Shown here: positions 1 to 12,360 of the stretch, one piece after another | Position numbering within the stretch: the stretch's first letter is position 1 | Layout of the letters: each line of letters starts with the position of its first letter | From: Eledone cirrhosa | Lineage: Eukaryota | Assembly: GCA_964016885.1 (NCBI GenBank) | Contig: OZ024751.1 | Span: 42,346,001 to 42,410,000, forward strand | Direction of reading: 5' to 3' | Length of the DNA: 64,000 nt | Made by a program: the position numbers and the translations under genes | The notes under the pieces: generated by a model | Seen by the model: the letters and a program-made list of their open reading frames with translations, nothing else | Told to the model about the DNA's origin: nothing | The model's database searches: none

Positions 1-82
1 CTTTAGGTTTAGCCCCTTTTGACTTCGACTTCTTGGCTGTACCCACAAAATATTCTTCCCCACTTTTGTTTTTTTGGTAGAA
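1..82 (-). CDS. TRIP4: TRIP4/ASC-1 homolog, coding exon 3 (runs off the window)
   Basis: A T-rich tract and TTTTCAG acceptor at 83-84, then an open phase-0 frame FYQKNKSGEEYFVGTAKKSKSKGAKPK. Confidence 0.7.
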
Positions 83-381
83 CTGAAAATAAAAAAATAA
101 AAAAAATAAAAACAAAGATTAGAGAACTTTTTACCTTTTAGTAATTTCAACTAGAATTTATTTTCTAACCTTCCTCTCTCACACAGATGTGCCATAAAAC
201 TCAGCTAATTATTTTATCATATGAGTTTAATATCATGTTTATGGAATATTAGTATATTATGGCTGAATTTTCAAAAACTGATTTACTAAAATATTTTAAT
301 TCAGCAAAAATTAAAATTACTAAAATATTTGAAAAAAAAAAAAGATCATTTTGTGAGGTAATTTTCATAAATAAATATTAC

Positions 382-640
382 CTGATTTGAAACATTTTTG
401 GAAGGTTCTGTATTGTTGGAAAGTTTAGATGGTGGTGTCTGAGTTTTTTGTCGATTATTAGAATTACTGGCACTGGTTTGTTTGGTCGACTGTTTAGAGT
501 TGACAAGTTGTTTTATCACAGGTGTCTTCCATTCTTTAAGTAAATGATTTAGAAATATCTGTACTTGGGAGTCAGAAGAATCAAGCAGTTCTTTCATATA
601 TTCTTCAACATCTTGGATATTATCAATAGCAAGAATATAC
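382..640 (-). CDS. TRIP4: TRIP4/ASC-1 homolog, coding exon 2
   Basis: Acceptor ...TCTCCACTAAG at 641-642 and donor GTAATA at 381. Encodes (K)YILAIDNIQDVEEYMKELLDSSDSQVQIFLNHLLKEWK...VSNQ, matching TRIP4 YVLSIESAEEIREYVTDLL...FIEELITKWQK. Phases 2 and 0 are consistent. Confidence 0.85.
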
Positions 641-1222
641 CTTAGTGGAGAGAAGTAAGACACATTTAGAGAAATTTTCTGGGAAAAAAAAAATAGTAAG
701 AAGCACAAATTATTAATAAATTTTAAAATGAACATAAATTTATATTTCTAAATATAAGTAGGTGACTTTTGTGGTTATGAAAACTGAAAAGGAAGAGAAA
801 GACAAGGGCTCTAGCGTCACAGAAGAATGGGAAGGGGGAGTGATGGGCTCTAGGTCTAGGGCGCGGCGGTGACGGATTGATTAAAGTGTCAAACAAAGTT
901 TGATAAAATATTGCTTGTTTTATTGATGTGATTGTCAATGTTGTTGTTGTTATACTGCTAAAAACACTCCCTCCACAATACATATATATATGTGTGTGTG
1001 TATGTATTATTATATTTATTATTATCATTATTAGCACAGAAGATCCCGTAAACAGGTGGAAGAAGAAATTGATTGTTTAAACATTTAATCTGTGCTAGTA
1101 ATAAACACCTACTCTACAGTTATATATATATATATATACCCATACATGCATTATTCTTATCGGGTTCTTTCTGGATTTTGGTCTTTGTATTGATTATTAC
1201 TATAAACAGTTGTGTGTGTGTG

Positions 1223-1260
<38 letters not shown>

Positions 1261-2007
1261 ACTTCTACGGGACTAAAACTGTTTCATTCGTATGAAATCA
1301 TCAGGAATATATTAATATATATTCATAACCACCAGAATGTTCGTGTTTACAGCTATTGACACATACGTTACTCTAAAGAACTATACCAATTCTAAACCAT
1401 ATTTCCATTTTATTTCAAATTAAAGAAAAATAAACGAAGTTATATAATCTAAAATATATTTGATAGATATAAAATGAAAGTAAAGTATGAAGTGTGACGT
1501 GTGTATGTTTGCGAGTGAAAACACTTGTTTGTATAACGTGTCGATCTCAAACCAAGAACTTAAATTACTAATAAGAGAGCGAGATATACGACCAGAAACA
1601 AGATAAAGAATGCGTTTGAAATAAAGAACTTTATTGGTGTTGACGAAACCACAAAATGTAAACAGAACACATTTTGTGTACGAATGAAAAAAAGAAGTGG
1701 ATGGATATATGAAATTAATTTAACGAAAATTAATGCTTATTTTGTTTTGTTTTTAGAGGATTAGTAATACGGATGTACCATATTTCTTAGTTAATTAACA
1801 ACCATAAGAAACAGGTATATAATTACAGGTGTCAAAATAATAGACTTTATATGACATACGGCAGTGTTTAAAACTGTCACATGTATTATATAAACTGCCG
1901 GGTATTGTATAATCTAGATTACAAACAATTCTAAAATGGATGAAATGAAAAGTTATAAACAGAACAAATTAAAATGTTAATTAAATACGAATAAAAGAGT
2001 TATTTAC

Positions 2008-2084
2008 TTGGCATTCTCTTCAGTAATTTCTATGCCCAGCTTGGACAATTCTCCACAAAGCCAATCGACTAAACGAGCAGCCAT
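2008..2084 (-). CDS. TRIP4: TRIP4/ASC-1 (activating signal cointegrator 1) homolog, coding exon 1
   Basis: ATG at 2084 gives MAARLVDWLCGELSKLGIEITEENA plus AA, then a GT donor (GTAAAT) at 2007. It joins in phase to exon 2. The peptide resembles the TRIP4 N-terminus (human LVHWCTQQLRKTFGLDVSEEIIQYVLSI, recalled from memory). Confidence 0.85.
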
Positions 2085-2169
2085 GTTTTTACGATAATAT
2101 GGATTATCTGCCCATTGTTTCCTCTAACAACGGTTGAAATACAATCTTCTTTTTCGAGGAAGAATAATA

Positions 2170-2742
2170 GTTTTTAATTTAGGCACAAGGCCAACAATTT
2201 TGGAGGAGGGGGGTGGGGTCAATTAAATTGACTCAGTGCGTTACTGGTACATTATTTTATCGACTTAGGGCGGTGGATTGGCAGTATCGGTAGAGGGTCG
2301 GACGCCATGCTTTCCAGCATAGTTACGTCCCTTTACGATCTGAGTTCAAATCCCGCCGAGGTTGACTTTGCCTTTCATCCTTACGGGGTAGATAAAATAA
2401 AGTACCAGTAATGCACTGCGTAATTGCTGGCCTTGTGCCTAAAGTAGAAACAATTATTTTATCGACTCCGTAAAGATGATAGACAAAGCTAACCTCGGAG
2501 GGATTTGAACTCAGAACGTAAAGGAAGAATAAGGGTTTTTAATTTAGGCACAAGGCCAGCAATTCTTGCGGTGAAGGCGGGGCTGAGTTAATTTAATCGT
2601 TCACAGTACATTACTGGTACTTTATTTTATCGACCCCCTCCCCATATCCCGGATTTAAACTCAAAACGACGTAAAGAACCAGAACAAATACCACAAAGCA
2701 TTTTGTCCGACTCTCTAACAACTCTGCCTCGCCACCGCCCTG
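2170..2742. mobile_element. Cluster of tRNA-derived SINE family A copies (a + copy at ~2268-2457 nested in a - copy, plus a further - copy)
   Basis: Pol III A-box-like TGGCAGTATCGG and B-box GAGTTCAAATCC, central GACTTTGCCTTTCATCCTTACGGGGTCGATAAAATAAAGTACCAG (Meta/MESC-domain-like), tail GGCCTTGTGCCTAAAGTAGAAACAATTATT. Many near-identical copies occur across the window. Confidence 0.85.
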
Positions 2743-3475
2743 AGTAACAATAATAACACGTCTTATAGTATAATACCATTTTAGAAATTTGGTAAAAACT
2801 AATAAAACTCGGTTACTGGTACTTTAAAAAATAGAAGGCAAAAGGTCAAATGGGAGAGCGAAAAAAATATTTTTGTGTATTATATTTATAAGGTTCCTAG
2901 TAATAATTAATTGATTACATGTATGTACTTCTAATTAATCTTTGACAATAAAATATGTTCCACGTGGCTCTAAAGTGAGAGGTCGAGGAAATGAAACTAA
3001 ATATCTACTCCTCTCCCACCCACCTTTAGTCTTACGCAATCATTTGTAACTGAAGCATTATTGCACAATACGGGTCTTATAGATATACTTTTATTATAGA
3101 ATATTTTCGTTATTTAAATATCTATACTATACTAAGACACTTGTCTCTTGATCGTATAGTCTTTTAAGATACTGTGATCCTTCGGTAACAAAACTTATGT
3201 CTAAAAACGAAATACGTGAATCAGCGAAAAAAACCGTTATTCGTTTGCTATTCATAGATTTGTCAAAAAAAGTTGGTAATTTTTTATAATTACACCCGCT
3301 CTGCTTTGGAGGTCAAATTTATGTTTTCTTGTGTTAGAACGAATATGGTCTTCAAAAACATCGGAAACTGTTCGTTTTTCTATTAACTGAGGAAGATAGG
3401 GGCGCTGACGGTTTTGATGTTGACTACCTTCACACACATTATATATATATAAATATATATGTGTGTTGATTTACT

Positions 3476-3660
3476 ATATAGGTGACCCTCACATTTTCCT
3501 ATATCACTTACCTGTATTGATTCACACCTTCCTTTATCACTTACCTTACTTGTATTGATTCACAATACAGGTGACTCTCACATCTCCTATATCACTTACC
3601 TGTATTATCTGCTTCACTATACAGGTGACTCTCACATTTACCTATTTCACTTACCTGTAC
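3476..3660. repeat. Short diverged tandem repeat (~3 copies of TAGGTGACTCTCACAT...TATCACTTACCTGTA)
   Basis: The motif is directly visible three times. Confidence 0.7.
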
Positions 3661-3744
3661 AATAATGTCAGACAGCTTTCTGCATCTTCTTTTAATGTTC
3701 TGAGAGTTTTTTTAATCAACCATCTCAACCTCCATACCAGACCA

Positions 3745-4857
3745 TAGTGCCTGGCTCGAGGTGTAGTTAGCTAAAGGAATGTATGACCAGCTACTCCATG
3801 GTCAGTGCCTGGCTAGAGGTGTAGTTAGCTAAAGGAATGCATGACCAGCTACTCCATGGTCAGTGCCTGGCTAGAGGTGTAGTTGGCTAAAGGAATGTAT
3901 GACCAGCTACTCCATGGTCAGTGCCTGGCTCGAGGTGTAGTTGGCTAAAGGAATGTATGACCAGCTACTCCATGGTCAGCACCTGGCTAAAGGAATGTAT
4001 GACCAGCTACTCAATGGTCAGTGCCTGGCTAGAGGTGTAGTTGGCTAAAGGAATGTATGACCAGCTACTCAATGGTCAGTGTCTGGCTAAAGGAATGTAT
4101 GACCAGCTACTCAATGGTCAGTGCCTGGCTCGAGGTGTAGTTGGCTAAAGGAATGTATGACCAGCTACTCCATGGTCAGTGCCTGGCTAAAGGAATGTAT
4201 GACCAGCTACTCCATGGTCAGCACCTGGCTAAAGGAATGTATGACCAGCTACTTAATGGTCAGTGCCTGGCTCGAGGTGTAGTTGGCTAAAGGAATGTAT
4301 GACCAGCTACTCAATGGTCAGTGCCTGGCTAAAGGAATGTATGACCAGCTACTCAATGGTCAGTGCCTGGCTAGAGGTGTAGTTGGCTAAAGGAATGTAT
4401 GACCAGCTACTCAATGGTCAGCACCTGGCTCGAGGTGTAGTTGGCTAAAGGAATGTATGACCAGCTACTTAATGGTCAGTGCCTGGCTAGAGGTGTAGTT
4501 GGCTAAAGGAATGTATGACCAGCTACTTAATGGTCAGTGCCTGGCTAGAGGTGTAGTTGGCTAAAGGAATATATGACCAGCTACTCAATGGTCAGTGCCT
4601 GGCTAGAGGTGTAGTTGGCTAAAGGAATGTATGACCAGCTACTCCATGGTCAGTGCCTGGCTCGAGGTGTAGTTGGCTAAAGGAATGTATGACCAGCTAC
4701 TTAATGGTCAGTGCCTGGCTAGAGGTGTAGTTGACCAAAGGAATGTATGACCAGCTACTCAATGGTCAGTGCCTGGCTAGAGGTGTAGTTGGCTAAAGGA
4801 ATGTATGACCAGTTACTCAATGGTCAGTGCCTGGCTAGAGGTGTAGTTGGCTAAAGG
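3745..4857. repeat. Minisatellite, 58-bp unit interspersed with a 42-bp deletion variant
   Basis: Unit CAGTGCCTGGCTAGAGGTGTAGTTGGCTAAAGGAATGTATGACCAGCTACTCCATGGT, about 20 copies. Confidence 0.95.
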
Positions 4858-4858
4858 G

Positions 4859-4902
4859 ATATTTGTAGGTAGAGTGTAAATTTACACTCTACCTACAAAT
4901 AT
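4859..4902. repeat. Perfect 44-bp spacerless palindrome
   Basis: ATATTTGTAGGTAGAGTGTAAA|TTTACACTCTACCTACAAATAT. Confidence 0.95.
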
Positions 4903-5597
4903 TGAGTACTCATTCAGTTCATGTTTGAAATGTTTTAAGTACTACCACATTTTATACATCCAAACCATTCTAGTAAGATTTTAATTTAAATACAAACCAT
5001 TTAAAATGGGTTGCTTTGTTTCATAGAACAGAGGCAGATTTTACTGGGTTGGTATCAAAAAGATTAAAAGAACATTTTCTGAAGTAAAATAGTAGGTGCA
5101 AAAGACAAAGGTATTTATTGAGGTTTTTGGTTGGTGATAGGAAGGGCATCCAACCGTAGAAAGTTTGCCAAACAAAGGATTGGGAAGACAGTTTAGTTGT
5201 GTCAAAGACATGGCAACCTCTGTAGGGTTGGCACCATGATAAAATGTATTTGGTAGAGCACGAGACTGTAAATGAGATGCTGACACCCCACTCACACTTG
5301 GCCTGTCTGGGAGGTCAGTAACCGGACTTCAGTACTGCTTCAGTCGGTGAAGACACGTTCTACCCTTGCTAGCAGAGAAAGCAGTCGATGATGATGATAA
5401 TAATAAACAACAAACATCTATCAACAAATGGTTTAGTTAAGTTTAATAAGTATGACCCATGTTATTTTATCTAAAGTTGAATTTTTAATAAGTAGGTCTT
5501 GAAAATATAAAGTAAACATGAATTAAACTAGGTTAAGGGTGGTTGTGGAATTTTGAAATAACAACCCCACGTAAATGGGTATAACTTTCATCATTAT

Positions 5598-6840
5598 TGC
5601 GAAGGCCTTCAATTCTGTGCCACACAAAAGGCTTATGGCAAAACTCTCTGCAATGGGTGTGAAGGATGATCTTTTTAACTGGTTGAAGTCCTTCATTCTC
5701 AGTCGAAGAGAGGTAGTCACGGTTCTGGGACAGCATTCCTCACCATATGAGATGTCATCTGGTGTACCTCAGGGATCTGTTCTTGGCCCCCTTTTGTTTG
5801 TGGCATATATTAATGACATAGATGCCAACTTAAGGAATGCCACAGTACTAAAGTACGCAGACGACATCAAGCTGTACCTTGAGATAAAAAGGACAGATCC
5901 TGAACACTATAGATCTTGCTTGCAGTCTGACCTGGACACAATGCAACAGTGGATCTCAGACTGGCAACTCAAGCTAGCTGTGGACAAGTGCACCACCATG
6001 CATTTTGGGAGTAAAAACCCAGCGTCCACATACTCCCTCCACAGCACTAATATCAAGAAGTCTTCCTGTGAACGTGACCTGGGCATTACGGTCAGCAGCG
6101 ATTTGCATTGGACGAGGCACGTCTCTAAAATTGTCAAGAGGGCCGAGGGTGTCTTAGCATCACTCAGCAAGACCTTTGTCAGCCGCTCTCCAGATATCTA
6201 TTTAAGGCTGTATACAGCTATGGTGCGACCACACTTAGAATTTACATCACCAGTCTGGAACCCCTATCTTGCCCAGGACATTGACCGCCTGGAAACTGTT
6301 CAGAGACGTGCAACCAAGCGAATACCCTCCATCAGGCATCTACCATACTCTGAGCGCCTTGCTTCCCTGGGCATGGATTCATTGAAGCTCCGACGCCTGG
6401 CAACTGACTTGGTAAACACCCACAAAATTATTAACCATGTTGCCAACAACAACCCTGAGTGCCTTTTCGATTTCCATGTGTCTAACACACGTGGACATGC
6501 CCACAAAGTAAGAAAACAGCACAGTTCCCATGACTTTCGGAAACATTTTTTCACGCTCAGAGTTGCTGAAGCATGGAACAAACTACCTGCATCAGTTGTT
6601 AGCTGTCGAGACACTGCATCCTTTAAGGCCTCCATGCTTCCCGAGATCCGCCAACACTACAGCTAACACATACACACATGTACTTCCCTGACATTTGTGT
6701 ATTATTCTATGTACTTACCAGTAATGCACTGGATAATTGCTGGCCTTGTGCCTAACGTAGAAACAATTATTCTATGTACTATATTGACGAGTTGTAGTGC
6801 ACCTGAGCACTTTACACAATAATTTCATTATTATTATTAT
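5598..6840 (+). mobile_element. 5'-truncated CR1-type LINE (ORF2 RT C-terminal half, 3' UTR and (ATT)n tail)
   Basis: ORF with KAFNSVPH, SGVPQGSVLGPLLF, YADD, ERDLG, LYTAMVRPHLE, RGHAHK, WNKLP motifs; stop at 6666; ATT tail ending ~6840. Confidence 0.92.
6716..6765 (+). mobile_element. 5'-truncated SINE A fragment inserted in the CR1 3' UTR, with a 15-bp TSD
   Basis: ATTATTCTATGTACT flanks it at 6701-6715 and 6766-6780. The other CR1 3' UTR copies (7511-7595, 47340-47430) lack the insert. Confidence 0.85.
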
Positions 6841-6886
6841 TCATCACCTCCCGGAATTCTACCTTTTGAACAGGAAAATTTACAAT

Positions 6887-7074
6887 TTAACACTTTAGCA
6901 TTTAAACCGGCCAAAATTCTCTCATCTCTTTCTGTTCAAACCAGCCACTTATACTGATGTATTGTACTCAAAATAAATAATATAAAAATCTCAGATTCGA
7001 TATTATGTGAGATAAAGCCTTCACAATCGAAATATAATAGTAAATATAGAGTAATGTGAATACTAAAGGGTTAA
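6887..7074 (+). mobile_element. TTAA-flanked piggyBac-like MITE
   Basis: TTAA-CACTTTAGCATT...TACTAAAGGG-TTAA; homologous to the copies at 22586, 25043, 30845 and 31057. Confidence 0.75.
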
Positions 7075-7510
7075 AAAAAAAAAATCGATTTCACATCAGC
7101 CACACGAACCTTTTTGACTGTTGTTTTTAGCATGACGAAGAGACCATGTTGAGACTTCCTTGTTAGTTGTTGGGGAATAGCAGAAAGTTTAATTATATAT
7201 TTTAAACATTTTCTCTATGAAACCTAATTTTTTGATACGGGGTTGAATTGTGAATGTGACCAGTGGTTGACAAGTACCAGTTAAATACTGAGTTTGATGT
7301 AGTTGACTTTGACGTCCTCTCCCATAAAATTTACTGGCCTTCTGGTTCTGGTACCTAAATTAAAAACAACTGTTAAGAAATATACCACAAATATTTTGTG
7401 TGTGTGTGTGCTTGTATATATATATATATATATATATATATGTTTGCTATAATAAATCTTTGAAGGAATTTCACCAGTCGGGCCTCCTGTCATTTTACTC
7501 AATAATATAT

Positions 7511-7595
7511 ATTTGTGTATTATTCTATGTACTATATTGACGAGTTGTAGTGCACCTGAGCACTTTACACAATAATTTCATTATTATTATTATTA
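7511..7595 (+). mobile_element. CR1 LINE 3'-end fragment
   Basis: Near-identical to 6692-6840 without the SINE insert; ATT tail. Confidence 0.8.
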
Positions 7596-8418
7596 TATAT
7601 ATACACACACACACACACACACGATATTAAAACATGATCTTAAGTAAAAATAAACTCACTTGATTAAACAAGTTAAGAAATTACGTATAAGACCGTTTAC
7701 TGGTCAGCCAATCTATTACTAAGAAACACGCACCTTGTTCTTTCGTTTTCATCCGGGATAAAGAATGGGGTTTTACGCATTAAATAAACACAGTAAATAT
7801 GGAATAAAATAAAGTGAAAGAGAGAACATATTTAAGGGAAACAGTAAATAAATAAGTGTTTGATTTAGGGACAAAGCCAACAATTTGGTGGAGGAGACAG
7901 TTGATTAAATCGACGCCAGTGTCTAATTTGTACTTTATTTTATCGACCACGTAATCATGAAAGGCAAAGGTAACCTCGCTGGGGTTCTAACTCAGAACGT
8001 AAAGGGCCACAACTCTGTGTCGCAAAGCATAATGTAATAATAATAGTAATACATGAATAAAAATTATAAAACGGTTGGTTTAATGGTGGAAGAAATACAA
8101 AGATTGAAAGATTGAAAAGCCAAAATAACCGCAGAAGAGATTCAATGGCATCTAAGAAATCTAAAACTAGATTTAAGAAATATAAAATAAATGCCATACA
8201 GCTTATTCAGTTAATTCAAGATCTTTAGTCTTCAAAGATTTCATATTTTAGAAAATTAACCCAAATTCTCCAAGCTGGAGTTATGTTACTGTAAAGAAGT
8301 CTGAAATAATAAACATTTTAGGTAAAAGTTAGAAAGTCAACGTTTTTTTTTTCTTTGACTAATTGAGAATAAATTTTCAGATCTTTACTATAGAGACTCG
8401 ATCTTTTAAAAAAAATGT

Positions 8419-8928
8419 TCAATGCTGGAGTGTTTCTTTATCAAACATATATTCACCAAGGCCGCTGCCCAACTGCTTCAGTTTGGAAATGTAATCGGAG
8501 ATTTTCTTAATATTTTCAACTTGTTTTCTAAGGACATTCTTCTTAAGAAATCCAACGAGCTGCGGGTCCCCGTATTTTTTACCACACTGGACCAAATTTA
8601 AGAATTGCTGGTTGATATTCTTTTCAATAACGAGAGAATATTCCATGGCAGTGGCACCACAATCCCAAAACGAAGCCTGGGGTGCGCCAATATTCTGTAA
8701 AATAACACGGCCACCACGTTTGTTTTGGTATTCCATAAGCTTATCTGCTTGTTGCAGGTGTTGTTGGTTTAATCGCTCAAAGAAGTGATGGAAACCTTTT
8801 AAAGCAACATCGCTTCTTTCGTAATGGGCAGCTTGGCATTGATTCTCGTATGCTGACTTGAGTAAGACATTGATGCACTCATTCACCATCTCTTCACAGC
8901 ACCGATGATAATTCTGGCGAGCAGACAT
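8419..8928 (-). CDS. Intronless ferritin-family protein (169 aa) with a degenerate ferroxidase centre
   Basis: ATG at 8928 (the ORF-track start at 8937 is TTG). Ferritin motifs RQNYH, DVALKGF, KLMEYQNKRGGR, AME..L..EKN.NQ, DPQL, QVE.IK, GLGEYMFDKETL are present in one uninterrupted ORF. Confidence 0.93.
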   Translation of the reverse strand: MSARQNYHRCCEEMVNECINVLLKSAYENQCQAAHYERSDVALKGFHHFFERLNQQHLQQADKLMEYQNKRGGRVILQNIGAPQASFWDCGATAMEYSLVIEKNINQQFLNLVQCGKKYGDPQLVGFLKKNVLRKQVENIKKISDYISKLKQLGSGLGEYMFDKETLQH

Positions 8929-10256
8929 TTTTAACAATGTTCAATGTTATTTTGTTACGACCGGTGATTGGGCAGAAAATGTTTCCGTGTGAAATATTAC
9001 CGTTGTTTATATCTATATTACAATTTTCAATATATTTACATTTTATTTGCTGGTCTTGTATCAATAGAAACAAATATATTTACAGCTTATATATATATAA
9101 ATACAATACTTAATTACATAAATATCTCATATAAAATCAAAACTAAACAAAACAACAATTCAACACCTGTGTGTCAATGGGTCAGAGACATTAGTTAGTT
9201 TGACTTTATCCACAGTTGTATAAATAACATTACAAATATAATGTCATTGATAAACACAAATATAAACGCATATAACAAATACAATTAACTATTGCTAGGA
9301 ACCTCACAAATTCAACACCAAAATATATGACCAGAGAGAAAGAAAAAGGGGGAAGCAAAAACAACCATCAATTCACCACCAAGTGCGATAATCAGCCGCA
9401 CATCACAAGGCTCAACGAAATATTTTGAAGCAAGCTAACACGCTCGCAGCATTACCACGAGTGATGGCGAGTCTAAGGTGCTGAAACAACCAAGCACCCA
9501 CACGGACATCACCTGACACCTCGGTAAGGCGAGTGGACAGCGATGACAAGAACTTCGCTGTCAGCAGCCCCGCTCCACCAAACGCCACAGGCTGGAAAAA
9601 AATAATTATTAGATAGATCCAGGTATTTCCGAATTTTATTCCGTTCGGTGTATATTTTCATTCTGTAAGAATTATAAACAATTTGTAATGTTATTTATAT
9701 AATCGTGAATAAAGTTAATTATTAGTAGATATACATATACAATGTAAAAAATACAACACATAAACTCTAGGAACTTTAGAACTTTATTAAAACACCATGA
9801 ACATATAAACACAAATTATACAACAAATGTGGTTTAAAAAACAAACAAATCATTGGAAATTAATCACAAAGAGAGAGACAACTCCAAAGAACACTATATG
9901 TGTCTAAAATAACGATTTCTAATGCTTCAATCAGAATGTAGCCATAGAATTACAAGAATAGTTCTTTTAAATGTCTTATACCTTTATAAGAAATTTATTA
10001 TATATATATCGATAGATAGATGTGTGTGTGCGTGAAATAATATCATATAACAAATATGTAAGATTAAATATAAATACAGACATACGTTGAATTAATTATT
10101 GCTAGGAACTTTATAAATATAATGTAATGGGTTAAATATTCCAATGACACGTGTACTTGTGATATAATTCCCAAGCTGAACCATAGTAACACATTCACAG
10201 TTTTTCTTTACCATATTTCAGTCAGAGTTGTTTCCCTTGCATTATTAAACGATTAA

Positions 10257-10652
10257 GGGCGGTGGATTGGCAGTATCGGTAGAGGGTCGGATGCTATGCT
10301 TTGACGTATAGAGTTACGGCCCTTGCCATTCTGAGTTCAAATCCCGCCGAGATTAACTTTGCCTTTCATCCTTACGGGGTCGATAAAATAAAGTACCAGT
10401 AATTCTCTAGGTAATTTCTGGCGTTGTGCCAAAGGTAGAAACAATTATTAAACCATTAAGGGCGGTGGATTGGCAGTATCGGTAGAGGGTCGGATGCTAT
10501 GCTTTGACGTATAGAGTTACGGCCCTTGCCATTCTGAGTTCAAATCCCACCGAGGTTAACTTTGCCTTTCATCCTTATGGGGTCGATAAAATAAAGTACC
10601 AGTAATACACTGGGTAATTGCTGGCCTTGTGCCAAAAGTAGAAACAATTATT
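10257..10652 (+). mobile_element. Two tandem full-length SINE A copies
   Basis: Two ~195-bp near-identical units with A box, B box and tail. Confidence 0.88.
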
Positions 10653-11689
10653 AAACCACTAACAAACTTCCTATGACAGAAATGTTGTTTTTTTAATGTA
10701 AGCTCACGGCCAGCAGTCATTTTGAAAATAATCAAGAATTTGGAGGGATTTAGTAATATAACTAACTTTCTCATTACCAAGTTGGTATTTGGAACATAAC
10801 ACAATTTATAGATAGATATTAAATACATGTTTACCTTTTCGTACCATATTTAATTGTTTCTACTTTTGGCACAAGGCCAGCAAATACCTAGTACATTACT
10901 GGTACTTTATTTTATCGACCCCGTAAGGATGAAAGACAGCTATGGTTTTCAAATAATTATGAAAATAAACAAGAACTTCGAGAGTTTTAGTAATATAACT
11001 AACTAGTGTTTGAAACAGGTTAACAAATGTTTTTACATAAAATTATGATGGAAGGGTTTTAGATAAATATAAAGACATTAAAACGAAAGACTTGTATCGT
11101 GGAATGAGATGCTGTTTGATATTAAAAGTGTTTAAAATAACCCAAATGTCAGGACGATATTTTTACGACTGCCTCAAAATTAAGGGCTCTGCATTCTTAC
11201 CTTTCTTTCAATGAAGGTTCAGTGAGTACGTCACACGTTCATTTCAGTGAATGATCAGTGAATACAGCACACGTCCCCTGCGGTGAGTGTTCGATGAATA
11301 CAGCACACGTCCCTTTCGGTGAATGTTTGGTGAATATAGCACATACTCCGCATCGGTGAATACAACACATAACTCCGTCAAATAAATGGATGAGGTTAAG
11401 CCAGGCAACTGTGTCAGGTAGGTGAAGTGGCACGCAGGAAAGTTTATGAGGCAACTGTGTTAGGTGAAAGGCTGCATGATGAGGGCAGAACAACAACGTT
11501 TGCGATAACAATAACAGCAACAAAAATAACAACAACATCGGCAATTACGATGACAGTAACAGTAACAAAAATAACAACGACAATAACGACAACAACAACA
11601 GTAGCAGTAATAATAGCATCAACAATAACAACAAATCCTAACAATAACTATTAACTATAACAGAATTATAATTAGAAATATATAGAATA

Positions 11690-12360
11690 TAGTGCCCTGG
11701 AGTGAGAATGGACTGACCTGAGGGTGGGAGAGAATGAACTGCCCCGGAGTGAGAATAGACTGGCCTGGGAGTGAGAATGGACTGCCCTGGGGGTGAGAAT
11801 ATACCCTTAATGTAGAATCAAAACTGTACTGTGTTTAGACTGACTTGGGTGAAGTGTGGATTCCCCTGGAGGTAGGAACAGACCCCCCCCCCCTCGAATG
11901 TAGAATCAATCAAAGCTGAACAGTGTTTAGACTGACTATGGGTGGGGAATAGACTCCCCTGGGGGTGAGAATAGACTCCCTTGGATTGAGAACAGACCCC
12001 TGACATAGATCAAAGCTGTACTATGTTTAGACTGACCAGGGGTGGGAAATGGACTCCCCTGGGGGTGAGAATAGACTCCTTTGGATTGAGAACAGACCCC
12101 TGACATAGATCAAAGCTGTACTGTATTTAGACTGACCAGGGGTGGGAAATGGACTCCCTTGAGGGGTGAGAATAAACTCCTTTGGATTGAGAACAGACCC
12201 CTGACATAGATCAAAGCTGTACTGTATTTAGACTGACCAGGGGTGGGAAATGGACTCCCTTGAGGGGTGAGAATAAACTCCTTTGGATTGAGAACAGACC
12301 CCTGACATAGATCAAAGCTGTACTGTGTTTAGACTCACCTGGGGTGGGGAATGGACCCCT
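11690..12360. repeat. G-rich composite minisatellite (~100-bp unit plus shorter sub-repeats)
   Basis: Repeated GATCAAAGCTGTACTGT.TTTAGACTGACCAGGGGTGGGAAATGGACTCCC...GGATTGAGAACAGACCCCTGACATA. Confidence 0.85.

Noticed and set aside
346-735. 129-aa ORF as a standalone gene
   Set aside because: Only 382-640 is exonic (TRIP4 exon 2); the rest is intron read-through.
1270-1312. Hammerhead on the minus strand in TRIP4 intron 1 (CTGATGA-T-TTC ATAC GAA-T-GAAAC)
   Set aside because: The core and stem II are present but stem I cannot form and stem III is broken, so it is treated only as a decayed relic.
8929-9250. Iron-responsive element upstream of the ferritin
   Set aside because: No CAGUGN loop hairpin is visible on the coding strand.
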